DNA of 32,000 nucleotides from Nitratidesulfovibrio vulgaris str. Hildenborough (GTDB lineage Bacteria; Desulfobacterota; Desulfovibrionia; Desulfovibrionales; Desulfovibrionaceae): NCBI RefSeq assembly GCF_000195755.1, contig NC_005863.1, positions 170,302 to 202,301 of the forward strand, read 5' to 3'. Shown piece by piece: positions 26,331 to 32,000 of this stretch (position 1 is its first letter; each line of letters starts with the position of its first letter). The notes under the pieces were generated by a model. It saw only the letters and a program-made list of their open reading frames with translations, ran no database searches and was not told where the DNA came from. The position numbers and the translations under genes were made by a program.

Positions 26331-28115
26331 ATGTTGCACACCCCAGACCTCGCGCCGCTATGGCGACTCTTTCCCGGCCTCAGGGCCATCCTCGAAACGT
26401 GGGAGGGGCGCACCCTCGGCGACGTGGCACAGGGCTTCCGCCAGCCCGGTGCCGTGCCTTCAGCGGCCGCGCTGGACGCCATGCACGACCTCGTGGCCCC
26501 CGTCCACGGCGAGGACGTGGCCCGCGCCCTGCGCCGCAGGCTGCACCTGTCACCCTCGGTGCTGGCGGCCAACCATCACGGCATCGAATGCTTCCCTGAA
26601 CTCGTGCAGGCCATCCATTTCTTCGGGCTGCCCGACCTTCTGGACGGGCTGGACGGGCTGGACGGGCTTGGCGGGCCGAATGCGCTCGGCGGGCCGGATG
26701 CGCTTGGCGGGCCGGATGCGCTCGGCGGGCCGAACGGTTTGGGCGGGCTGAAAGGGCCGGATGCGCCCGGCGGGCCATGCTGTTTGGGCGGGCCGGACTG
26801 TTCGGGCAAGCCACGCGGCGACGCACGGGGTGAGGTGCCGACGACGCCAGCGGCAGCGTCGACGTCTTCCCCCACACCGCCCCCGATGCCCACACCAGCG
26901 GCAGTGGGCACGGTCATCCCCGTCCTGTCGTGCACCACGGTGTCGTTGCAGAGTCAGGTCTACCCGCGCGGGCTGCTGCTGGCACGCCGCGCACCCGCCC
27001 CCGACGGGGCGCACTTCATGCGCCTGCCGCTCTTTCCCGCCTCCATGCAGGACACGGTGGTCTGCGCCGCCCCGCCCCTCACCCCGCAGCAGGTACGGGC
27101 CTCGCGCGGTCTCTGGCGCAAGCTGCCCCTGCGCCCGTGGGAACGCCGCGCCGCAGACGCGCTCATCGACGCCCATGTGGACATCCCCGAGGTCTACGCC
27201 CTGCCCCGCTTCGGTGAACAGGCCAGCCTCATCAACGCGCGGCTGTGCCGTCAGCGCTTTCCCGACGCGCCCCACGTCACCGTGGTGTACATCGAACTTG
27301 AACGCCTCGCGGCGCGGCTGCTGGCACGCGACCTCACCGACGGGGCGTCCATCGTCTCGCGGCTGCTCTTCGACCCGGCGGCGCGGCGGCGCATCCTGTC
27401 GCGTCTTGCCGGGACGCGGGGTTGCTGGACGGCCCACGCCTTCGACGCCACCACGACGCCCCTGCCCCGCACGGGCAGCAACGGCACGGCCTTCTTCTGG
27501 ACGGTGGACGCCACGGGCCGCCGCATCCCCCTGCGGCTGGACGACACCACACGCCCGGCGCTGACCAGCGGCGACCGACGCTTCGCCCTCGAACCCGAAG
27601 CGCTCGCCGGGGCGCTGCAAGAGGGGCTGCTCATACCGGGGCTCTTCTGCTCGTATGTGACGCTGGCCCTGCAACACGGTCTGCGCTGCCACGGGGGCAT
27701 GTTCTTCACCGAATACCTGCCCGCCATGCTCGACGCCGTGCACGACGTGCTTGGCGAATGCCCCGCACACTGCCGCGCCACGCCGCTGGCGGCCCTGCCC
27801 CTTTCGGTGCTCTTCGATGACCGGGGGACGGGGGACGACCGGGATGATGGGGCTTACGGCGGGCACCGAGACCACTGCACCGACCCGCGCCCCGCCGGGA
27901 CAGTGGAGATGTTCGCCGCAGGCGGCCTCGATGCCGGGAGGCTGCGCCACCTCGCCCGCACGCCCGCTGGCGCCGTGCTGCCGCTCAGCCTGCGTGAATG
28001 CTACGAGGAATGCGTGCCGTGTGGCGAACGCCCCGCCGGATGGGCGGAGCGTCTCGTGCCGCACGGGACATCGTGGCAGGGGGTGACGCTGCGCGTCAGC
28101 GACGACCCAGCGTGA
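26331..28115 (+). CDS. Hypothetical 594-aa protein (no family recognised)
   Basis: A long ORF co-oriented with the MFS gene and 31 nt downstream of it. A ~100-aa N-terminal domain, a repetitive Gly/Pro linker and a Pro/Thr/Ser tract are followed by a ~400-aa C-terminal region with ordinary globular composition. There is no clear SD before ATG 26331. Confidence 0.55.
   Translation: MLHTPDLAPLWRLFPGLRAILETWEGRTLGDVAQGFRQPGAVPSAAALDAMHDLVAPVHGEDVARALRRRLHLSPSVLAANHHGIECFPELVQAIHFFGLPDLLDGLDGLDGLGGPNALGGPDALGGPDALGGPNGLGGLKGPDAPGGPCCLGGPDCSGKPRGDARGEVPTTPAAASTSSPTPPPMPTPAAVGTVIPVLSCTTVSLQSQVYPRGLLLARRAPAPDGAHFMRLPLFPASMQDTVVCAAPPLTPQQVRASRGLWRKLPLRPWERRAADALIDAHVDIPEVYALPRFGEQASLINARLCRQRFPDAPHVTVVYIELERLAARLLARDLTDGASIVSRLLFDPAARRRILSRLAGTRGCWTAHAFDATTTPLPRTGSNGTAFFWTVDATGRRIPLRLDDTTRPALTSGDRRFALEPEALAGALQEGLLIPGLFCSYVTLALQHGLRCHGGMFFTEYLPAMLDAVHDVLGECPAHCRATPLAALPLSVLFDDRGTGDDRDDGAYGGHRDHCTDPRPAGTVEMFAAGGLDAGRLRHLARTPAGAVLPLSLRECYEECVPCGERPAGWAERLVPHGTSWQGVTLRVSDDPA
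26640..26801 (+). repeat. In-frame tandem repeats: 9-bp (LDG) x3, then about seven 18-bp units (LGGPNA/LGGPDA...)
   Basis: ctggacggg x3 (26640-26666) is followed by cttggcgggccgaatgcg / ctcggcgggccggatgcg / cttggcgggccggatgcg / ctcggcgggccgaacggt / ttgggcgggctgaaaggg ... ttgggcgggccggactgt. Confidence 0.85.
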
Positions 28116-28307
28116 GGCGCGGACTCCAGAGGTCGAGCGGCTTCGGGCGGGCAGCTTGGGGTCGGCGGCGTCGGGGCATCTGCGCCACAGACGCCCCCGC
28201 ATCCGGCACGACCATCACTGTGAGTTTCGGCCTGCGGGTATCTTCGAGCATGGGACCTGCGGGCGACAGCCTGTGACGTGCAGCGTCCTGCGGACGGGCG
28301 CCCCGCC

Positions 28308-29045
28308 CTATCGCAGATGCGATTCGATGATCCTGTCGATGAGGCCCCGGGCGTGAAGGTCCCTGAACGCCTTCTGGATGGCATCGAACGACCCCTCCAA
28401 CGCCGACGCGCGCGACAGCGCGAAGAAGCCCCCGTCCTGCGTCTCCACCGTGTACGGTGCGAGCTTCACCTTGCTGGCATAGCCCGACACCTTGGCGGCA
28501 TGGCGCAGCTGGATGCTTCCGCCGACGATCACATCGGTCCTTCCGGCAAGGAGCATCTGGAACAACTGGTCGACGGAATGGGCCTCGACCTTCATGAGCC
28601 TCGGGTCGGAGTCGAAGGGTTCATACAGCCTGTTGCCCGCCCTCACGCCGATGCGGAGCGGTATCAGGTCGGCATACGTCCGCAGCCGGATGCCGGATTC
28701 CCTGCGTATGATGAAGACCCTGATGGTCTTCTGGTACGAGGGTTCCAGATACCGGGCGTAGGCCTCCCTCTCTGCCGACCTCGCAAGGCCACCCGTCATG
28801 TCTATCTCGCCACTCTCAAGAAGCACCAGCACGCGCTTGAACGGGTAGGGCCTGTACACCACCTCGAAACCAAGCCTGTCTGCCAGTGCGTTCATGATGT
28901 CGATGTTGATGCCCACAGGCTTGCCCGAGACGTTCTTCTCCCACGGGGGATAGTCCTCGTCGTAGCCGTACTTGATCACCGGACGGGCAACAGCGGCGCT
29001 GGATGAGAAGACAATGGCAAGCAGCAGGCAGACGAACGTTCTCAT
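28308..29045 (-). CDS. Family-3 periplasmic solute-binding protein (amino-acid ABC type), orphan
   Basis: The translation from ATG 29045 starts with a signal peptide (MRTFVCLLLAIVFSSSAAVA). It continues IKYGYDEDYPPWE...GINIDIMNALADRLGFEV..., typical of SBP_bac_3. No permease or ATPase gene is nearby. Confidence 0.8.
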   Translation of the reverse strand: MRTFVCLLLAIVFSSSAAVARPVIKYGYDEDYPPWEKNVSGKPVGINIDIMNALADRLGFEVVYRPYPFKRVLVLLESGEIDMTGGLARSAEREAYARYLEPSYQKTIRVFIIRRESGIRLRTYADLIPLRIGVRAGNRLYEPFDSDPRLMKVEAHSVDQLFQMLLAGRTDVIVGGSIQLRHAAKVSGYASKVKLAPYTVETQDGGFFALSRASALEGSFDAIQKAFRDLHARGLIDRIIESHLR

Positions 29046-29091
29046 GACCACCTTCTCGCACCCCCCAGAACAGACACGGCGGACAGCCCCC

Positions 29092-29255
29092 GGCATCACC
29101 GGGCATCACCGGGCATGACCGGATACCGGGCCAGTCCAGATACATGCGGCTTCACCAGACATCACCAGACATCGGGGACATCAGGAGATATCTCGAGATA
29201 CCGGGAGATATCGGGGGGCATCGGGCAACATCAGGTGGGGCAGCCCGGACATCAT
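29092..29255. repeat. About 165 bp of degenerate repeats with ~10-bp (helical) periodicity
   Basis: GGCATCACCG x2 plus GGCATGACCG occupy 29092-29121. ACATC/ATATC/ATACC cores then recur every 9-10 bp: ACATCACCAG, ACATCGGGG, ACATCAGGAG, ATATCTCGAG, ATACCGGGAG, ATATCGGGGGG, CATCGGGCA, ACATCAGG..., ACATCATGG. Confidence 0.75.
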
Positions 29256-29410
29256 GGATGACGCCCCCGTCAGCCGGGTCTTCATCCTATACCCACAGGT
29301 TACCCCTTGATTCAATTGCATTATTTTTCGATGTCATAGCATGTGCTGTACCTGATGGCCGATGCGCCTGTCCCTCCCGTCGCACACGCCCCATCGCCCC
29401 CACCAAGGTG

Positions 29411-29431
29411 CCCCCCCCGTCGCCCCCCCCC
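29411..29431. repeat. Two homopolymeric C tracts (C8 and C9) separated by GTCG
   Basis: gtgCCCCCCCCgtcgCCCCCCCCCggcg, located 126-146 bp upstream of the hipB ATG. Confidence 0.9.
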
Positions 29432-29524
29432 GGCGACCCCGGTCAGGCGCACCCTCCAGACGCAACAGCGGGCGTGACCACCCCACCCCGAGCAGGCACT
29501 ACGCAAAATGTATCAAATATGTTG

Positions 29525-29541
29525 CATTAACCATGTTAATG
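29525..29541. promoter_or_regulatory. Inverted repeat CATTAAC-CAT-GTTAATG (candidate HipB operator)
   Basis: Perfect 7-bp arms with a 3-bp spacer, 16 nt upstream of the hipB ATG, within the only AT-rich patch of this intergenic region. Confidence 0.35.
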
Positions 29542-29556
29542 TCGCATATCTGATGC

Positions 29557-29949
29557 ATGAGTACGAGCAAGATCGCAGACCAGTCATTGCCGCCGCCCGT
29601 CGCCGCATCCCTTGAGGCACTGGGCCGCAACATCCGCATCGCCCGCAAGCGCCGTCGCATGGGTGAACAGGAACTCGCGACACTGGCGCACACCTCGCGC
29701 GCCACCATCCGCCGTCTCGAGGCGGGCGCACCGGGCGTGGGTCTCGGCATCCTCGCCAGCGTGCTGTGGGTGTTGCAGCTGCACGACGACCTCGGGCGGC
29801 TGGCAGCCCCCGACACCGACAGCTACGGCCAATTCCTCGAACAGGGGCACCTGCCCCGGCGCGTCCGGACGTCCGTGACCGGCGTGACGGGCGCGACCGG
29901 CAAGAAGGGCAGGACCAACAAGACGGGGGAGGACAAGTATGACTTCTGA
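29557..29949 (+). CDS. hipB: XRE-family HTH antitoxin (HipB-like)
   Basis: 130 aa. The HTH segment LGRNIRIARKRRRMGEQELATLAHTSRATIRRLEAGAPGV is XRE/Cro-type. The 3' end overlaps hipA by 11 nt. Confidence 0.8.
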   Translation: MSTSKIADQSLPPPVAASLEALGRNIRIARKRRRMGEQELATLAHTSRATIRRLEAGAPGVGLGILASVLWVLQLHDDLGRLAAPDTDSYGQFLEQGHLPRRVRTSVTGVTGATGKKGRTNKTGEDKYDF

Positions 29950-31234
29950 CCGCGAGGCGGTGGTCTTCGTCTGGCTGTCCGGGCAGGGATACGTGCCCGC
30001 GGCCCTGCTTTCGGAATCGTCCGGCGGTGCGTCGTACACGCTGGGCTACGGTCGGCGCTACGCCGCACGCCCCGACGCCCTGCCCCTCGACCCCGTGTCG
30101 CTGCCCCTCTACATGCCGCGCCCTGCCACCAGCCGTCGGGGGGTGCTGTTCCCCGTGCTGCGCGACGCCGCACCCGACAAGTGGGGCCGCAAGGTGCTCG
30201 GACTCATGGCGGGACGCCACGCGGGCACACTCTCCGAGATGGACTTCCTCGTCTCTGCGCATTCCCCGGACCGCATCGGTGCCCTCGCCTTCGGCGACAC
30301 GCCCGCCGGGGGCCCGCGGTCGCTGGCACCATGGGCGCAGGACGATGCCATGACCGTGCCGGAAGGCGACTCCGCCTGCTCCGACGGTTCTGCATGGCTT
30401 GAACGCATCGCGCGCGTGGTGGCAGAGGTCGACGCCCTCGCCGATGACGAGGACCTCGACGACCTGCGCAAGACCCTGCCCGAAGAGGCGTTCCTTCAGG
30501 CACTCGCCTCGTCGCTGAGCGTGGGCGGAGGGCGGCCCAAGGCCCTTGTCCGCATGCCGGAGGGGCACTGCATCGCCAAGTTCGGCAAACGTGGCGACCC
30601 GTGGGACGAACCGCGCATCGAGCACGCCACCATGACACTGGCAGCGCGCTGCGGCATCCACGTCTCCCCCACCCGCCTCATGGAGACCGACCACGGCAGC
30701 GTGCTGCTGGTGCGACGCTTCGACAGGACGCCCGACGGCACGCCGCGTCACTTCATCTCGGGCTTCACGCTCAACGCCGCCATCGACGAGGACGGCGACT
30801 GGGGCAGCTACCACGACCTCGCCCAGCGGGCGCGCCAGCACGGCGACAGTCACGCCGGGCCTGAACTCTTCCGGCGCATGGTCTTCAACGCGCTGTGCGC
30901 CAACATCGACGACCATCCGCGCAACCATGCGTGGTTCGTCGAACGCGAAGGGCTGTCCATGACCCCGGCGTACGACATCGTGCCCACGCAGGCGCGCTTC
31001 AAGACCTACGACCTCGCCCTGCGCTGCGGCACAGAGGGCCGACGCGCCAGCCTCGCCAACGTGCTGACCCGCCCCGAACCCTTCGGGCTGCGCCGTGACG
31101 AGGCCGAAGCCATCGCCCGCGACATCGCCGGGGTGATGTCCACATGGCGCGACCACTTCGCCGCCTGCGGCGTGGTGACCAAAGACCTCGATGAACTGGC
31201 CTACCGCTTCAGGGGCGTGCCCGAGGGGGTGTGA
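29939..31234 (+). CDS. hipA: HipA-family serine/threonine kinase toxin
   Basis: 431 aa with an N-terminal HipA coupling region (VFVWLSGQGYVPAALL...LPLDPVSLPL...DAAPDKWGRKVL). It also has the P-loop-like SLSVGGGRPKALV and the catalytic loop NIDDHPRNHAW. GGGGGAGGA lies 6 nt upstream of the ATG. Confidence 0.9.
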   Translation: MTSDREAVVFVWLSGQGYVPAALLSESSGGASYTLGYGRRYAARPDALPLDPVSLPLYMPRPATSRRGVLFPVLRDAAPDKWGRKVLGLMAGRHAGTLSEMDFLVSAHSPDRIGALAFGDTPAGGPRSLAPWAQDDAMTVPEGDSACSDGSAWLERIARVVAEVDALADDEDLDDLRKTLPEEAFLQALASSLSVGGGRPKALVRMPEGHCIAKFGKRGDPWDEPRIEHATMTLAARCGIHVSPTRLMETDHGSVLLVRRFDRTPDGTPRHFISGFTLNAAIDEDGDWGSYHDLAQRARQHGDSHAGPELFRRMVFNALCANIDDHPRNHAWFVEREGLSMTPAYDIVPTQARFKTYDLALRCGTEGRRASLANVLTRPEPFGLRRDEAEAIARDIAGVMSTWRDHFAACGVVTKDLDELAYRFRGVPEGV

Positions 31235-31310
31235 CGGGATTGGCGTGACGGGGGGCGCGTGACCGGTTGGGGTCACGGGGGTGGCATGACCGGGAGAATG
31301 TGACCGGGAG
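31231..31310. repeat. Six copies of GTGAC(C/G)GG with ~14-bp periodicity
   Basis: Copies start at 31231, 31245, 31259, 31272 (GTCACGGG), 31286 ((A)TGACCGGG) and 31300. The first copy overlaps the hipA stop codon. Confidence 0.8.
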
Positions 31311-31338
31311 GCTTGCCCCCGAGTGCGTGGACCCTAGG

Positions 31339-31419
31339 GGTCTGCCCGTGAGAGCGTGGCGCACACCCGTGCCGGCACGCGATCATCGACGCCGGATTCG
31401 GTCTGCCCGCGAGGGTGTG
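31339..31419. repeat. Dispersed 20-bp direct repeat GGTCTGCCCG(T/C)GAG(A/G)G(C/T)GTG
   Basis: Copies at 31339-31358 and 31400-31419 match at 17 of 20 positions, 61 bp apart. A third partial copy GGTCTGTCCG lies at 31488. Confidence 0.7.
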
Positions 31420-31740
31420 ACGCGGCCCCTGTGCGAATGGGATGTGCGGCGCTGTCCCTGTGCGGGGAATGTAGCCATGGTCCTTGAGGTCTGTCCGTTG
31501 TCGCATGTCGTCGAGTGCGGATGACATCTCCCGCGTCAGGCTTTCCGAGAAGACTCTCGGTGTGAAGCCAGCCGCCGGGATCGCGTTCCAGCCCTGTCGT
31601 GGCGGTCACGAGGGGGCACATCCTCCTGCCTGCGGACATGCTGGACGACGTACTGCCCACCGGCAGAGTGTGAGGCGTATCCTTTCCACCGTGCCGGGGT
31701 GGATGGGCGGCCCGCGGCGACTTGCCCTCCCTCCCGATGG

Positions 31741-31790
31741 GTGACACACGTTGTCACTGGGGGGTGACATCTGGCGACACCCCCAGTGAC
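31741..31790. other. Two mutually exclusive stem-loops sharing the GTCAC segment
   Basis: Hairpin 1 is GTGACA-cacgt-TGTCAC (31741-31757). Hairpin 2 pairs GTCACTGGGGGGTG (31753-31766) with CACCCCCAGTGAC (31778-31790), giving 13 bp with one bulged G. Both need 31753-31757. Confidence 0.6.
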
Positions 31791-32000
31791 TGAGCTGACC
31801 GCGTGCGACTACCTGTGTGATTTCAGGCAGTTCTGAAACGGCTTCGCCCTTCCCTATCCTTCCGGCCTCGCCTTATCCCTATACTTGCCCCTCTCCAGTC
31901 GCGCCGATGCAGGCGCATCCCGTCCTCTCACGCGGACGCGAAAAGTCTTCGCACCTGCAAAATCGGTCACGTCCGCACGGCAAGGTGGTGGCAGAGGGGT

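Noticed and set aside
23315-26572. 1085-aa minus-strand ORF antisense to the sensor-MFS gene (and 26550-28202 antisense to the 594-aa gene)
   Set aside because: Its size comes from stop-codon depletion in GC-rich antisense DNA. The translation is Gly/Arg/His/Ala/Asp-rich with no TM segments or domains, whereas the sense strand encodes a clear 12-TM MFS domain.
28173-28197. Hairpin GGGGCATCTG-cgcca-CAGACGCCCC between the convergent 594-aa and SBP genes (possible bidirectional terminator)
   Set aside because: The stem has a mismatch and no U/A tracts on either side. It is kept only as a weak possibility and not annotated.
29513-31276. 587-aa minus-strand ORF antisense to hipB and hipA
   Set aside because: It is a shadow ORF. 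The sense strand encodes an XRE HTH and a HipA kinase with its catalytic loop, while the antisense translation is Gly/Arg/Ala/His/Pro-rich and featureless.
31267-31757. Five overlapping 73-137-aa ORFs on both strands downstream of hipA
   Set aside because: They are mutually overlapping and Arg/Pro/Gly/His-rich. They cover the repeat arrays, lack SD sequences and resemble no family I know, so I treated the region as non-coding or degenerate.

Overview
A 32-kb, very GC-rich window (about 65% by eye). It looks like an accessory or plasmid-type region of a Desulfovibrio-like deltaproteobacterium. (1) 1-7477 is a complete subtype I-C ('Dvulg') CRISPR-Cas locus. It holds the tail of the upstream gene (presumably cas3), cas5-cas8c-cas7-cas4-cas1-cas2 with a probable internal cas11c start in cas8c, a 178-bp leader, and a 29-repeat/28-spacer array. 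(2) 7527-13529 is all minus strand: autotransporter, 7TMR-DISM/HisKA_3 sensor kinase, NarL/LuxR response regulator and ZupT. (3) About 12.6-14.4 kb shows a sharp GC drop and a decayed IS3-family orfA remnant, which suggests a mosaic junction. (4) 14485-21454 is my top candidate for an undescribed system. It contains a GAF-AAA+-Fis sigma-54 activator, a 1.2-kb repeat-rich non-coding spacer and a correctly spaced sigma-54 promoter. These are followed by a 1241-aa multidomain effector-like protein with a C-terminal HD-type phosphohydrolase signature and a tightly coupled CesT-like chaperone. (5) 22033-28115 encodes a PF04392-type periplasmic binding protein, a duplicated-sensor::MFS fusion membrane protein and a 594-aa protein of no family I recognise. 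Two of these genes carry in-frame 18-bp tandem repeats. (6) An orphan family-3 solute-binding protein is followed by a hipBA pair bracketed by unusual phased short-tandem-repeat arrays. The window ends in non-coding sequence with mutually exclusive hairpins. Long ORFs antisense to these genes were rejected as GC-driven shadow ORFs. All domain calls come from reading the translations by eye; no searches were run.
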